DNA from: an uncultured Actinomycetota bacterium
Lineage (GTDB): Bacteria; Actinomycetota; Actinomycetes; JAHEKZ01
Assembly (NCBI GenBank): GCA_963718235.1
Contig: CAVQYR010000002.1
Span: 352,001-416,000, forward strand
Direction of reading: 5' to 3'
DNA length: 64,000 nucleotides
Shown here: one piece after another, positions 1-11,189 of the stretch
Position numbering within the stretch: position 1 is the stretch's first letter
How the letters are laid out: the number at the start of each line of letters is the position of its first letter
Notes under the pieces: model-generated
Databases searched by the model: none
Seen by the model: the letters and a program-made list of their open reading frames with translations, nothing else
Told to the model about the DNA's origin: nothing
Program-made: the position numbers and the translations under genes

Positions 1-995
1 ACGGCGTGAGCTTCACCCTCGAACGTGACGAGACCCTGGCCATCGTCGGTGAGTCCGGCTCCGGCAAGAGCGTGACCAGCCAGGCGATCATGGGGCTGAT
101 CAACCGCAAGGCGGCCAGCGTCACGGGGACCGCCTTCTTCGACGGGCTGGACCTCGTGTCCGCAAGCGACGATGCCATCCGCTCGCTGCGCGGCAGCAAG
201 ATGGCCATGATCTTCCAGGACCCCCTGTCGTCCCTGCACCCCTTCTACTCGGTGGGCAAGCAGCTGGTCGAGGCCGTCCGGGTGCACCAGGACGTAAGCA
301 AGCAGCAGGCGCGCACCTTGTCGATCGAGATGCTCGACCGGGTGGGCATTCCTGCCCCGGACCGCCGGATCGACGACTACCCCCACCAGCTGTCCGGGGG
401 CATGAGGCAGCGAGTCATGATCGCGATGGCGCTGATCAACTCCCCGCAGCTGTTGATCGCCGACGAGCCGACCACCGCTCTCGACGTCACGGTGCAGGCG
501 CAGATCCTGGAGCTCATCAAGGACCTGCAGCGGGAGTTCCACGCAGCGGTCATCGTGATCACCCACGACCTGGGCGTGGTCGCAGAGGTCGCCGACAAGG
601 TCGCGGTCATGTACGGCGGTCAGATCGTCGAGCGCGGGGGAATCGACGAGGTGTACCACCACCCCGAGATGCCCTACACGATCGGTCTGATGGCGTCGGT
701 GCCGCGCATGGACAAACCGCGGACGGCGCGCCTGGAGCCCATTCCCGGGCAGCCCCCTTCGCTGCTCGGGATGCCCGACGGATGTGTCTTCCGGCCACGG
801 TGCGCGTACGTCGACCAGGTGGCCGAGGGCCGGTGCCACGACCAACGTCCCGACCTGCTGCCGACCATCCCGACCGAGCACCTGGTGCGCTGCCACATCG
901 AACCCGAACAGCGCAGAGCCAACGCGCTTGCGGTGCTCGGTGAGCGGCGCACTGCGGTGGCCGCGGCCGAGGGCTCGTCAGGAGAGGCATCGTGA
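1..995 (+). CDS. oligopeptide/dipeptide ABC transporter ATP-binding protein (OppD/DppD-like), 5' end outside window
   Basis: Walker [17 protein letters not shown] signature, [10 protein letters not shown]-terminal oligopeptide Cys motif; frame is open from the window edge (DGVSFTL). Confidence 0.95.
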   Translation, partial: GVSFTLERDETLAIVGESGSGKSVTSQAIMGLINRKAASVTGTAFFDGLDLVSASDDAIRSLRGSKMAMIFQDPLSSLHPFYSVGKQLVEAVRVHQDVSKQQARTLSIEMLDRVGIPAPDRRIDDYPHQLSGGMRQRVMIAMALINSPQLLIADEPTTALDVTVQAQILELIKDLQREFHAAVIVITHDLGVVAEVADKVAVMYGGQIVERGGIDEVYHHPEMPYTIGLMASVPRMDKPRTARLEPIPGQPPSLLGMPDGCVFRPRCAYVDQVAEGRCHDQRPDLLPTIPTEHLVRCHIEPEQRRANALAVLGERRTAVAAAEGSSGEAS

Positions 996-2086
996 CCGAG
1001 ACCCCGCAGACCACGGCCGGCGCCCCGACCGGTGAGCCGCTGCTCAGCGTCAGCGGTCTCAAGAAGTACTTTCCGGTCACCAAGGGCAGCCTGATCCGGC
1101 GGCACACGGGTGACGTCAAGGCGGTCGACGACATCACCCTCGACGTCCACCCGGGTGAGACGGTCGGTCTGGTGGGCGAGAGCGGGTCGGGCAAGTCGAC
1201 CGCCGGTCGCACGATGCTGAAGCTGCTGGAGCCCACGGCGGGCAACCTGGTCTTCAACGGCCGCGACATCACCGGGCTCAGCCGCCGCGAGATGGTGCCG
1301 CTGCGCCGGGAGATGCAGATGATCTTCCAGGACCCCTACTCCTCGCTCAACCCGAGGCACACGGTGGGCACGATCATCTCCCAGCCGTTCAAGGTGCAGA
1401 AGATCGACCCGCCCGACGGTCTGAAGTCTGCGGTGCAGCAGCTCATGGAGCGGGTGGGGCTCAACCCCGAGCACTACAACCGCTACCCGAACGAGTTCTC
1501 CGGCGGGCAGCGGCAGCGCATCGGGGTCGCGCGTGCGCTGGCCCTGAACCCCAAGCTGATCGTGGCCGACGAGCCCGTGTCCGCGTTGGACGTTTCCATC
1601 CAGGCCCAGGTCGTCAACTTGTTGGAGGACCTGCAGAACGAGTTCGGCGTCGCCTACCTCTTCATTGCACACGACCTGTCGGTCGTTCGCCACATCTCCG
1701 ACCGGGTCGCCGTCATGTACCTCGGTCACATCGTCGAGTTCACCCCGGCCGACGCGTTGTACTCCAGGCCGCGGCACCCGTACACCGTCGCCCTGCTGTC
1801 CGCGGTTCCCCTGCCCGACCCGGAGCTGGAGCGTCAACGGACCCGGATCCTGCTCAAGGGAGACCTGCCCTCACCGATCGACCCGCCGTCGGGGTGCGTC
1901 TTCCGGACGCGCTGCTGGAAGGCCCAGGAGATCTGCTCCGTCGAGTCGCCGCCGCTGCAGAACGAGGCGCCGAACCACCTGGTGGCCTGTCACTTCCCGG
2001 TGACGGAGGAAGAGCTCGCCAAGGCCGGTGGCGTCACGCCCGCTGCGGCTGCGGCTGCGGCCGGGATCGTCACCCCCAGCGCCTGA
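992..2086 (+). CDS. oligopeptide/dipeptide ABC transporter ATP-binding protein (OppF/DppF-like)
   Basis: [35 protein letters not shown]...ACHF; 4-bp overlap with the upstream gene. Confidence 0.95.
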   Translation: MTETPQTTAGAPTGEPLLSVSGLKKYFPVTKGSLIRRHTGDVKAVDDITLDVHPGETVGLVGESGSGKSTAGRTMLKLLEPTAGNLVFNGRDITGLSRREMVPLRREMQMIFQDPYSSLNPRHTVGTIISQPFKVQKIDPPDGLKSAVQQLMERVGLNPEHYNRYPNEFSGGQRQRIGVARALALNPKLIVADEPVSALDVSIQAQVVNLLEDLQNEFGVAYLFIAHDLSVVRHISDRVAVMYLGHIVEFTPADALYSRPRHPYTVALLSAVPLPDPELERQRTRILLKGDLPSPIDPPSGCVFRTRCWKAQEICSVESPPLQNEAPNHLVACHFPVTEEELAKAGGVTPAAAAAAAGIVTPSA

Positions 2087-4182
2087 CCCAGGAACTCCAC
2101 CTGCAGCAGCAGCAGGTTCTCCGCGACCTCCTCCTGCGGGGTCATGTGGGTGACTCCCCCGGACAAGGGGAGAACCGTGTGCGCGCAGCCGGACGCCATC
2201 AGCCGTCCGGACAGCTGGAGGGTGTGCCCGACGGTGACGTTGTCGTCGGCGAAACCGTGGATCAGCATGAGCGGCCGCTCGAGGCGGTCGGCCAACGGCA
2301 GCAGTGAGGTGTCCCGGTAGGCCCGGGGCTGCTCCGCCGGGAGCCCGAGGTACCGCTCGGTGTAGGCGGTGTCGTACAGGGCCCAGTCGGTGACCGGTGC
2401 GCCGGCTACCGCGGCATGGAAGACGTCGGGCCGACGGAGCACTGCGAGCGCAGCGAGGTAGCCACCGAACGACCAACCGCGGATCGCCACCCGGTCCAGG
2501 TCGAGCGCAGGGAACCGGTCCGCGGCGGCATGCAGTGCCTCGACCTGGTCGGCGAGCACGTCGGTGGCCAGGTCGAACCGGACGGCACGCTCCCACTGCG
2601 GGTCGCGTGGAGTGCCCCGCCCGTCGGCGACGACCACGGCGAAGCCCTGGTCGGCGAACCACTGCGCCTCGCGGAAGGCTCCCTGCGCCTTGAGCACCTG
2701 CTGGGCGTGCGGGCCGCCGTAAGGATCGAGCAGGACGGGCAGCGACCCGTCCTCGACGTCCTCGAGGGCCATCCCGGAGGGGAGCAGTACGGCGATCCGC
2801 AGGTCGTGGTCGGTCGACGTGATCAGCGTCGGCTGCGGACGCAGCCGGGGTGCCGTCGCCGTACTCGCGACCGGCCAGTGCCCTCCGTCGGAGGTGCGGA
2901 TCACGGTGCGGGGAAGGGCAGCCTCGAGCGTGGCGCTCGAGATGACGTGGCAACCCCCACCGGACACGCCGGAGTGGACCCCAGGGTCTGTGGTCAGCGC
3001 CCGCAGGGCGTCAGGCGTCCACGACCACAGGTGCAGCTCGGTCGGCTCTGAGGTGGCAGACAGCACCACCTCCCGGTCGGTCACCGCCGCGACGCCCCTC
3101 ACCTGCAGGCCCGACGGGGTGGCGGGGACGCCGTCGACGCAAAGCGCGTAGCGGCCGTCATGCACCTCGACGGTGAGCAGCTGCCCGCTGGGGCCCCAGG
3201 CCGGAACCCCGGGCACCACGTCGACCCAGCAGGGGTCGGACTGCTCACGCACGAGCGTGGTAGACCCCGACGTCGGGTCCACGGACAGCACCTGCGCACG
3301 CCCCTGCCGACGGTCGAGCACCTGGACCAGCGGCAGTCCACGGTCGGACCAGTGGACGGCTGAGAGGTACTCGAACGTGTCCCGGTCCCACGTCACCTCC
3401 CGACGTTCGCCGTCGAGCCCGACCAGCCAGAGCGTGACGTCGGCATTGCTTGTGCCAGCGGCGGGGTACCGATGCTCGACCGGGCGCACGGACGGGTTGG
3501 CCGGGTCGCTGACCCACCACGTCTCGACGGGGGACTCGTCGTACCGCTCGACCAGGAGCTGGTCGCTGTCGGGGGACCACCAGCAGCCGCGCGAGCGCTC
3601 GAGCTCCTCGGCGGAGGCGAAGTCGGCCAGGCCCCACACCACGTGCTCGCCGTCCGGTTCCACCAGGCTGCGATCGGATCCGGTCGCCACCTCCGCGAGT
3701 CGCAGCGCGCCGCTCGACGCGTAAGCCACGAACCCGCCGTCGGGCGAGAGCCGCGGGTCGACGATCGGAGTCTGCGCGGGCAGCTCGCGTGACGTGTGCG
3801 ACTCGACGTCGGTGACGAAGAGCCGCCCGGACAGGGCGAAGGTGAGCAGTGCGGCCGCGCTGTCGCTGGCGTAGCCGACGATTCCGCCGGCACTCTCGCG
3901 CATCCGCTCCCGCCGTGCCCGCTCTTCGGGGGACAGGTCCTCACCGCCGGTGCCCAGAAGGAGGGCTGGGTCGGCCAGCAGGTGCTCATGACCCGTGGCG
4001 GTGTCCAGGCGAAACAACCGGCCGACCCGGTCGGTACCGCTCGCGGACCGAACGAACAGGACCCGACGACCGTCGGGGCTGACCGCGAAGCTTCGGGGCC
4101 GCCCCAGGGTGTAGCGCTGGGTCCGCGCGTTCTCCCGCGGGTAGTCCCTGGAGGTCTCGGACGTCGAGGAGGGGTGGGTCAT
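1990..4182 (-). CDS. S9 family serine peptidase (dipeptidyl peptidase IV-like)
   Basis: GWSFGG nucleophile motif, DDNV and H of the triad, N-terminal propeller; ATG at 4182 (MTHPSS) preferred over the ORF-track start, which overlaps mshB. Confidence 0.92.
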   Translation of the reverse strand: MTHPSSTSETSRDYPRENARTQRYTLGRPRSFAVSPDGRRVLFVRSASGTDRVGRLFRLDTATGHEHLLADPALLLGTGGEDLSPEERARRERMRESAGGIVGYASDSAAALLTFALSGRLFVTDVESHTSRELPAQTPIVDPRLSPDGGFVAYASSGALRLAEVATGSDRSLVEPDGEHVVWGLADFASAEELERSRGCWWSPDSDQLLVERYDESPVETWWVSDPANPSVRPVEHRYPAAGTSNADVTLWLVGLDGERREVTWDRDTFEYLSAVHWSDRGLPLVQVLDRRQGRAQVLSVDPTSGSTTLVREQSDPCWVDVVPGVPAWGPSGQLLTVEVHDGRYALCVDGVPATPSGLQVRGVAAVTDREVVLSATSEPTELHLWSWTPDALRALTTDPGVHSGVSGGGCHVISSATLEAALPRTVIRTSDGGHWPVASTATAPRLRPQPTLITSTDHDLRIAVLLPSGMALEDVEDGSLPVLLDPYGGPHAQQVLKAQGAFREAQWFADQGFAVVVADGRGTPRDPQWERAVRFDLATDVLADQVEALHAAADRFPALDLDRVAIRGWSFGGYLAALAVLRRPDVFHAAVAGAPVTDWALYDTAYTERYLGLPAEQPRAYRDTSLLPLADRLERPLMLIHGFADDNVTVGHTLQLSGRLMASGCAHTVLPLSGGVTHMTPQEEVAENLLLLQVEFLGQALGVTIPAAAAAAAGVTPPALASSSSVTGK

Positions 4183-4218
4183 GGCCCGATCCAACCAGTC
4201 GCGTCTACCCTGCACGAC

Positions 4219-5145
4219 ATGTCCCACCAAGCTCAGGTCCCCACCCCCTCCGCCGAGCGCCGGATGGTCCTGGTGCACGCCCACCCCGACGACGAGTGCA
4301 TCGGCACCGGGGTGACGATGGCGCGCTACGTCGCCGAAGGGGCCAAGGTCACCCTCGTCACCTGCACCCGCGGAGAGGAGGGCGAGGTCCTCGTTCCCGC
4401 GCTGACCCACCTCGCTGCCGAGCACACCGACGAGCTCGGTGCGCACCGTGAGGACGAGCTGGCGGCGGCGATGGCCGAGCTGGGGGTCAGCGACTTCCGC
4501 TTCCTCGGGGGTGCCGGTCGGTACCGCGACTCCGGAATGATGGGGACGCCGAGCAACGACCGGGAGCAGTCATTCTGGCGGGCCGACCTGCTCGAGGCGG
4601 CTACCTCGTTGGTTGAGGTGCTGCGCGACGTGCGCCCGCACGTGCTCGTGACCTACGACGACTTCGGCGGCTACGGGCACCCCGACCACATCCAGGCCCA
4701 CCGGGTGGCCATGTACGCCGCGCTGCTGGCCGCGGCGCCGTCGTTTCGCCCCGACCTCGGTGAGGCGTGGGACGTCCCGAAGATCTACTGGACCGCGCTG
4801 CCGAGGTCGTTCATCCAACAGGGGATCGATGCGCTCGTGGCTGCGGGTGGCACGGGCCTGTTTGGTCTGGAGAGCGCGGACGACCTGCCCTTCGCGATCG
4901 AGGACGACGTGGTGACGACGCGGATCGACGGGCGTGCGTTCGAACCACGCAAGATGGCGGCGTTGCGCGCGCACGAGACGCAGATCGAGGCCGAGAGCGA
5001 GTTCTTCACGATGGCCGACATGATCGGTCCGGATGCGATGGGCGTCGAGTTCTTCCGGCTGGTGCGCGGCCCCCTGGGCGAGCGGGACCCCGACGGCTAC
5101 GAGTCAGACCTGTTCTCCGCCCTTTCCACTCCGCCGTCCGGGTGA
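4219..5145 (+). CDS. mshB: 1D-myo-inositol 2-acetamido-2-deoxy-glucopyranoside deacetylase (mycothiol biosynthesis)
   Basis: AHPDDE, TCTRGEEGE, RDSGM, GGYGHPDH motifs; usual position upstream of fdxA/dapC. Confidence 0.92.
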   Translation: MSHQAQVPTPSAERRMVLVHAHPDDECIGTGVTMARYVAEGAKVTLVTCTRGEEGEVLVPALTHLAAEHTDELGAHREDELAAAMAELGVSDFRFLGGAGRYRDSGMMGTPSNDREQSFWRADLLEAATSLVEVLRDVRPHVLVTYDDFGGYGHPDHIQAHRVAMYAALLAAAPSFRPDLGEAWDVPKIYWTALPRSFIQQGIDALVAAGGTGLFGLESADDLPFAIEDDVVTTRIDGRAFEPRKMAALRAHETQIEAESEFFTMADMIGPDAMGVEFFRLVRGPLGERDPDGYESDLFSALSTPPSG

Positions 5146-5237
5146 CGGGCGGGGGCTACGCCGTTCGGGTGGTCGCCCCGCTTCCGCTCGCACACGCGGA
5201 CGAAGCCGGTCAGAGTGACACCACGGGCTGACGGACA

Positions 5238-7256
5238 GTGACGACCGAGCCCTCGAACCGTAGGGGAGATGACGTGACGGACACGCAGCGCGAGGAGGCA
5301 CGAGCCGGAGCCTCGGCGGCCCTCGGGGGTCAGACCCGGGACGTGATGTCCGTGCACGGCGCCGACGTCGGACAAGGTCGTGAGCGTCAGCGGATCCGCC
5401 GGCTTCGCCGGCTGACCGTCTTCCTCGTCATCCCGGGGCTCTACCTTTGGTTCCGGATCCTGTCCGGGGACCCCGTGCGGTTCGGCCTTCCGGAGTTCGA
5501 CCTCTACCTGCTGGTCCCCGTGCTGTTCTTCGTCACCCTGATCGCCATCCTGGTCGGGAGCTCGGTCGGAGCCGGCCGCTCTCCCCACGTCACCTACCGT
5601 CCCGAGCAGATCACCACGCGGTTGGACGACGTCAAGGGCATCGACCCGGTCAAGGAAGACGTGATCCGGTCGCTCAACCTCTTCCTGGCCCACAAGACCT
5701 TCGCCAGCGAGATGGGGGGAACACCTCGCCGTGGCCTGCTCTTCGAGGGCGACCCCGGGACGGGCAAGACCTTTCTCGCCAAGGCGATGGCTCGCGAGGC
5801 AGGCGTCCCGTTCCTGTTCGTCTCGGCCACGAGCTTCCAGTCGATGTACTACGGCGCGACCGCGCGCAAGATCCGGTCGTACTTCAAGAAGCTGCGGAAG
5901 ATGGCTCGCCAGGAAGGAGGAGTGATCGGCTTCATCGAGGAGATCGACGCGATCGCGACGGCCCGTGGCGGGCTGTCCGCCACGACCATGCCGGAGTCGA
6001 TCGCCGCGTCAGGGCTGCATGCCTGCGGTGCGGTTGCCGCGATGCCCTCGACCTACCTTCGGCTCGGGGGTTCGGTCACCGGTGGCTCGGGCACGGTGAA
6101 GCACCCCTCCATGGTGAGCGAGGGTGTGGGCGGGGTGGTCAACGAGCTCCTGGTGCAGATGCAGTCGTTCGACGAGCCCACGGGCTGGCAGAAGCTGCAC
6201 ACCCGGGTCGTCGAGTGGGTCAACCTCCTCCTGCCGCTGCACCGGCAGCTCAAGCGTCCGGAGCCCCCCGCCACCAACATCCTGCTCATCGCGGCGACCA
6301 ACCGGGCAGACAACCTCGACCCCGCGCTGCTGCGGCCCGGACGCTTCGACCGTCGACTGACCTTCGAGCGCCCGAGCAAGCCCGGACGACGCGAGATCAT
6401 CGACCACTACCTGACCGTCAAGGCGCACGACAGCGAGCTGGACGACGACGTGACGCGGGACCAGCTGGCAGCCGCGACCCAGGGCTACACCCCCGTCATG
6501 ATCGAGCACCTCTTCGACGAGGCGCTGGTCAACGCAGTCCGTCGCGGAGACGGTGCCATGACGTGGCCGGACGTGGAGCGCGCCCGACTCGTCGAGGAGG
6601 TCGGGCTCGGGCAGCCCGTCACGTACACCGAGCACGAGCGCCGGCTGATCGCGACGCACGAGGCCGGCCACGCCACGGTCGCGTACCTGGTGGCCCCCCA
6701 CCGGCGGCTGGAGATCCTCACGATCATCAAGCGCCGCAGTGCTCTCGGGATGCTCGCCCACGGCGACGTCGAGGAGGTCTACACCCGCTCCCGCAAGGAG
6801 ATGCTCGGGCTGATCCAGATCGCCTTCGGTGGGCAGTGCGCCGAGGAGATCTTCTTCGGTGACGTGACCACCGGGCCCGGGGGTGACCTCCTCTACGCAA
6901 CCAATGTGGCGGCCGACATGGTCGGTTCGTGCGGGATGGTGGACTCGCTGGTCTCCTACGCCGCGATCCAGAACAGCGCCTTCAACGACAGCAACATCGC
7001 CGGCCGCGTGCTCAGCGACCCCGACGGACGAGCTCAGGTCGAAGACCTCCTGCAGGAGCAGAAGGTGCTCGTTCGAGGGCTGCTCGACTCCAACGCGCAC
7101 CTCGTCGAGGCGCTTCGGGACGCACTCATCGAGCGTGAGGAGCTGATCGGGGGGCAGATCAGCGAGGTCCTCGACGCGGCCAGGGCGGCGCACGAGGGCG
7201 CGTCGCAGGTCATCGACCTTCGCGCCGACGCGGCAAAGGCGCCGGTCAGCGGCTGA
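5238..7256 (+). CDS. FtsH-like membrane AAA+ ATPase / M41 zinc metalloprotease paralogue
   Basis: Two N-terminal TM helices, Walker A GDPGTGKT, ATNRADNLDPALLRPGRFDR SRH, HEAGH zinc motif; start uncertain (5238 or 5274). Confidence 0.85.
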   Translation: MTTEPSNRRGDDVTDTQREEARAGASAALGGQTRDVMSVHGADVGQGRERQRIRRLRRLTVFLVIPGLYLWFRILSGDPVRFGLPEFDLYLLVPVLFFVTLIAILVGSSVGAGRSPHVTYRPEQITTRLDDVKGIDPVKEDVIRSLNLFLAHKTFASEMGGTPRRGLLFEGDPGTGKTFLAKAMAREAGVPFLFVSATSFQSMYYGATARKIRSYFKKLRKMARQEGGVIGFIEEIDAIATARGGLSATTMPESIAASGLHACGAVAAMPSTYLRLGGSVTGGSGTVKHPSMVSEGVGGVVNELLVQMQSFDEPTGWQKLHTRVVEWVNLLLPLHRQLKRPEPPATNILLIAATNRADNLDPALLRPGRFDRRLTFERPSKPGRREIIDHYLTVKAHDSELDDDVTRDQLAAATQGYTPVMIEHLFDEALVNAVRRGDGAMTWPDVERARLVEEVGLGQPVTYTEHERRLIATHEAGHATVAYLVAPHRRLEILTIIKRRSALGMLAHGDVEEVYTRSRKEMLGLIQIAFGGQCAEEIFFGDVTTGPGGDLLYATNVAADMVGSCGMVDSLVSYAAIQNSAFNDSNIAGRVLSDPDGRAQVEDLLQEQKVLVRGLLDSNAHLVEALRDALIEREELIGGQISEVLDAARAAHEGASQVIDLRADAAKAPVSG

Positions 7257-7258
7257 GG

Positions 7259-7301
7259 CTGGGCCGATCGGGCTACAGATGGGACAACCAGTGGTCGATG
7301 T
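7259..7301 (+). promoter_or_regulatory. 20-bp conserved motif plus sigma28-like promoter upstream of cheW
   Basis: CTGGGCCGATCGGGCTACAG (7259-7278); TACA-N16-GTCGATGT. Confidence 0.65.
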
Positions 7302-7819
7302 TGGCCGATGTGGAGACCGTCGACGCGCTGACCCGAACGACTGACGATGCCGACAGCGGTGTCGCGGTGCCGATCCGTGGGGTGATCCTGCGCTTCGCGG
7401 GGGCCCGCTACGCCGTCGACATGGCTACGGTGGCCGAGGTCGTTCCGGTGCCCTTCGTCACCCGAATCCCCGGGGCGCCCGCGTGGCTGTCCGGAGTCGT
7501 GAACTGGCGTGGGCGGGTCCTGCCGGTGATGGACCTGCGCCCTCTCGTGGGAGCTCCGTTGGCCCCGTCGCCGACCAGCGCCCGTCTGGTCGTGCTCAGC
7601 GTCGACGACGTGGAGTGCGGCCTGGTCGCCGACATGGTCCCGGGCCTGCTCGACTGCGACGCGTCGACCCTCGAGCCCATGCCGGCCACGGCGGCACACA
7701 GCATCGGGCCGCTCGTCCGCGGGATCCTGGACGACGGGGGACCGGTGGCCCTCCTCGACAGTGCGGCGGTGCTGAGCCTGCGTGAGCAGCTTCCGACGGC
7801 ACGCCGAGCCACCCGATGA
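7298..7819 (+). CDS. cheW: chemotaxis coupling protein CheW
   Basis: VAEV...[26 protein letters not shown] motif; true start may be GTG 7310. Confidence 0.92.
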   Translation: MLADVETVDALTRTTDDADSGVAVPIRGVILRFAGARYAVDMATVAEVVPVPFVTRIPGAPAWLSGVVNWRGRVLPVMDLRPLVGAPLAPSPTSARLVVLSVDDVECGLVADMVPGLLDCDASTLEPMPATAAHSIGPLVRGILDDGGPVALLDSAAVLSLREQLPTARRATR

Positions 7820-9474
7820 ACGCCATCTTCAGTCGCCGGGACATGGCGGCCACCATGTCGGTGCATCTGCTGTTCGCCGCGATGGTCGTGGTCGCGCTCG
7901 TGCTCGAGCAGCGGTACACGCCGGCCGTGGTCCTGTCCCTGCCGCTTGCCATGCTCGCCGTGGTCGTGGCGGTCGCCACTAGCGTCTTCACCTCGGGGGT
8001 GGCGGTCTGGACCTGGCGCACCCGGCGAGGGATCGACACCACGTCGGTCTGGGACCCGGTCACCTCGCTGGTCCAGCTCGGCGTGGCGCTGGTCGCGACG
8101 TACTCCCTTGGCGGGTTCGCGGGCGTCGGATGGATGCTCGTGCTCGTCCTGGTGCCCTACTTCGGGGTGGTCTTCGGCACCGGTCAGCTGCGAGTCCTCG
8201 CAGTGGTGGCAGGAGTGGCCACGACCGCGATCGGGGTGGTGAGCGAGAGCTGGGGCGCCGCCCGACTCCCGACCGCCGTGATGGCGGTAGGGACGGTCGT
8301 CCTCACTCTGTGGTTCACCGAGCAGTCGGCGTCCTACCTCTTCAGCATGAGGCGGCACGCGCAGCTCCAGCAGCAGGCGGTCGAGGGCCGCGCCCAGGAG
8401 ATCTCCGAGGCACTCAGTGCGGCGGCCGTCGGTGACCTGACGGTCCACGCCCCCGCGCACGGCGAGCGCTCCGAGCTCGACGTCGAGTCGACCCGATCGT
8501 TGGACGACCTGGCTGGGTCGTTTGATCACACGGTGGCGGCGTTGAGGGTGTTGGTGGGTCAGGTTCGGTCGGGTGGGGAGCAGATGGGGGCTGCGGCGGG
8601 TCAGGTGTTGGTGGCGGCTCAGGAGCAGGCGGTGTCGGCGGCGGAGCAGTCGTCTGCGGTGGCGCAGACGACGGCGACGATTGAGGAGTTGGCGGCGACG
8701 GCGGCTCAGATTGCTGAGACGTCGGAGTCGGTGGCGCGGTTCGCGTCGGAGACGTTGGGGTTTGCTGAGCAGGGTCGTTCGGCGGTGGCTGCGTCGGTGG
8801 CGGCGATGGACAGTATTGCGTCGCGGGTGGATTCGATTGCTTCTCGGGCTTTGGGGTTGGGGGAGAAGGGTCAGGAGATCGGTCGGATTCTGCAGGTGAT
8901 TGATGAGTTGGCTGATCAGACGAACTTGTTGGCGTTGAATGCTGCGATTGAGGCGGCTCGTGCGGGTGAGCATGGGCGTGGGTTCGCGGTGGTGGCTTCT
9001 GAGGTTCGTAAGTTGGCGGAGCGTTCTCAGGAGTCCGCGGGTCAGATCCAGGCGATTGTGACTCAGATTCAGGCTGAGACGAATGCGACGATCTTGGCGT
9101 CTGAGGCTGGGGCCCGTGAGGTGCATCAGGGGGCGGGGTTGGCCCAAGACGTGGTGGTGGCGTTGGAGCGGATCTCCGGGATGGTGGATGAGACGACCAC
9201 TGCGGCCAAGGAGATCAGTATTGCCACTCAGCAGCAGCGCAGTGCTTCTGACCAGGTGGTCTCGGCGATGACCCAGGTCTCTGATGTGTCTCGGCAGTAC
9301 GCGGTGGGTTCCAAGCAGGCCGCGGCCGCGGCCGGTCAGCTGACCACGTTGGCTGCGGAGCTGCGGGCCTCGATCGCCCAGTTCAAGACCAACGAGGCAC
9401 CGGGGCGGCCATCGAGTGCGACCCACGCCGCACCTCATCACGATCGGGAGCGAGTCGGTGTACACCAGGCGTAA
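7816..9474 (+). CDS. methyl-accepting chemotaxis protein 1 (multi-TM sensor)
   Basis: [39 protein letters not shown] hairpin tip; hydrophobic N-terminal ~190 aa. Confidence 0.95.
   Translation: MNAIFSRRDMAATMSVHLLFAAMVVVALVLEQRYTPAVVLSLPLAMLAVVVAVATSVFTSGVAVWTWRTRRGIDTTSVWDPVTSLVQLGVALVATYSLGGFAGVGWMLVLVLVPYFGVVFGTGQLRVLAVVAGVATTAIGVVSESWGAARLPTAVMAVGTVVLTLWFTEQSASYLFSMRRHAQLQQQAVEGRAQEISEALSAAAVGDLTVHAPAHGERSELDVESTRSLDDLAGSFDHTVAALRVLVGQVRSGGEQMGAAAGQVLVAAQEQAVSAAEQSSAVAQTTATIEELAATAAQIAETSESVARFASETLGFAEQGRSAVAASVAAMDSIASRVDSIASRALGLGEKGQEIGRILQVIDELADQTNLLALNAAIEAARAGEHGRGFAVVASEVRKLAERSQESAGQIQAIVTQIQAETNATILASEAGAREVHQGAGLAQDVVVALERISGMVDETTTAAKEISIATQQQRSASDQVVSAMTQVSDVSRQYAVGSKQAAAAAGQLTTLAAELRASIAQFKTNEAPGRPSSATHAAPHHDRERVGVHQA
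8509..9395 (+). repeat. near-identical G/T-skewed MCP signalling-domain repeat, copy 1
   Basis: 887 bp matching 10145-11031 (offset 1636); only one synonymous difference seen by eye. Confidence 0.95.
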
Positions 9475-11038
9475 CGCGTACGAGTCGTCGGGACAGCACT
9501 GGTTGGTGCTGACTCTCGCTCTGCTCATGTCGTGGCTGGCCTGGCAGGACGGGGGCACCTCGCTCCAACCGGGTCCGACCGGCGTCGCTCTGGTCGTCCT
9601 GGCCGGGATCGCGCTGGTCACGACGATGCTGGCCGTGCGCGCCGTTCGGGTCGGGCAGTCCCTGGTCGAGACGATGGTCTGGGAGAGCGCCGTCTGCATC
9701 CTGGGAATCCTCACCCTGACCGGGCTGGTCGGCGTCTCCGGAGGGCTCACGTCCCCCACGGTGTTCGTCCTGCTGGTCTGGGCTCCCTACCTCGGGATGT
9801 CGGTGAGCCGCTGGTACACGGTGACCACCCTGGTCCTGCTCGTCGGCGGCCTGTTCGTCTCGGGCTGGCTGTCCGGCACCCTGACCGGGCACTGGCCGAC
9901 CGCCGTGGCCTACGGCGCCGCGCTCACGGCCGCGGTGCTGGTGACCTATCTCTACGCCTCGGACCTGTACCGCGAGCGTTTCGTCGCCGAGGAGCAGGAG
10001 CACGGGCTCCGGGAGCAGGTCGAGGCGCTCGCGAGCGCGCTGCAGCAGACCGCGCAGGGCAACCTCACGGTCTCGGCGCCCGACGTGGCGACGACCCACT
10101 CCGACGACGAGCTGCTGAACGAGCGGGCGCAGCAGATGGCTCTGCTGGCTGGGTCGTTTGATCACACGGTGGCGGCGTTGAGGGTGTTGGTGGGTCAGGT
10201 TCGGTCGGGTGGGGAGCAGATGGGGGCTGCGGCGGGTCAGGTGTTGGTGGCGGCTCAGGAGCAGGCGGTGTCTGCGGCGGAGCAGTCGTCTGCGGTGGCG
10301 CAGACGACGGCGACGATTGAGGAGTTGGCGGCGACGGCGGCTCAGATTGCTGAGACGTCGGAGTCGGTGGCGCGGTTCGCGTCGGAGACGTTGGGGTTTG
10401 CTGAGCAGGGTCGTTCGGCGGTGGCTGCGTCGGTGGCGGCGATGGACAGTATTGCGTCGCGGGTGGATTCGATTGCTTCTCGGGCTTTGGGGTTGGGGGA
10501 GAAGGGTCAGGAGATCGGTCGGATTCTGCAGGTGATTGATGAGTTGGCTGATCAGACGAACTTGTTGGCGTTGAATGCTGCGATTGAGGCGGCTCGTGCG
10601 GGTGAGCATGGGCGTGGGTTCGCGGTGGTGGCTTCTGAGGTTCGTAAGTTGGCGGAGCGTTCTCAGGAGTCCGCGGGTCAGATCCAGGCGATTGTGACTC
10701 AGATTCAGGCTGAGACGAATGCGACGATCTTGGCGTCTGAGGCTGGGGCCCGTGAGGTGCATCAGGGGGCGGGGTTGGCCCAAGACGTGGTGGTGGCGTT
10801 GGAGCGGATCTCCGGGATGGTGGATGAGACGACCACTGCGGCCAAGGAGATCAGTATTGCCACTCAGCAGCAGCGCAGTGCTTCTGACCAGGTGGTCTCG
10901 GCGATGACCCAGGTCTCTGATGTGTCTCGGCAGTACGCGGTGGGTTCCAAGCAGGCCGCGGCCGCGGCCGGTCAGCTGACCACGTTGGCTGCGGAGCTGC
11001 GGGCCTCGATCGCCCAGTTCAAGACCAACGACGGCTGA
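9416..11038 (+). CDS. methyl-accepting chemotaxis protein 2
   Basis: Same signalling domain as MCP1, distinct multi-TM N-terminus; start uncertain. Confidence 0.93.
   Translation: MRPTPHLITIGSESVYTRRNAYESSGQHWLVLTLALLMSWLAWQDGGTSLQPGPTGVALVVLAGIALVTTMLAVRAVRVGQSLVETMVWESAVCILGILTLTGLVGVSGGLTSPTVFVLLVWAPYLGMSVSRWYTVTTLVLLVGGLFVSGWLSGTLTGHWPTAVAYGAALTAAVLVTYLYASDLYRERFVAEEQEHGLREQVEALASALQQTAQGNLTVSAPDVATTHSDDELLNERAQQMALLAGSFDHTVAALRVLVGQVRSGGEQMGAAAGQVLVAAQEQAVSAAEQSSAVAQTTATIEELAATAAQIAETSESVARFASETLGFAEQGRSAVAASVAAMDSIASRVDSIASRALGLGEKGQEIGRILQVIDELADQTNLLALNAAIEAARAGEHGRGFAVVASEVRKLAERSQESAGQIQAIVTQIQAETNATILASEAGAREVHQGAGLAQDVVVALERISGMVDETTTAAKEISIATQQQRSASDQVVSAMTQVSDVSRQYAVGSKQAAAAAGQLTTLAAELRASIAQFKTNDG
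10145..11031 (+). repeat. MCP signalling-domain repeat, copy 2
   Basis: Direct sequence match to 8509-9395. Confidence 0.95.
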
Positions 11039-11189
11039 GTGCGGCGGGGCGGCGTCCACGTCCTCGGAGCCCCGACTCCGGAAGTCGGATGCCTGCCCGC
11101 AGGCGCCTGTCGAAGCGTGAACCCCGGGTCTGGCTCGTCTAGGCTGCCTCGAAGCTCGCTGAAGGCTCGAGCAGACCCTGGAGCAGTCC

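Noticed and set aside
1990-2086. 97-bp convergent overlap of oppF-like and S9 peptidase genes with poly-Ala on both strands
   Set aside because: Low-complexity tails in GC-rich DNA; one fewer base in the C5 run at 2073-2077 would stop the peptidase at the usual place.
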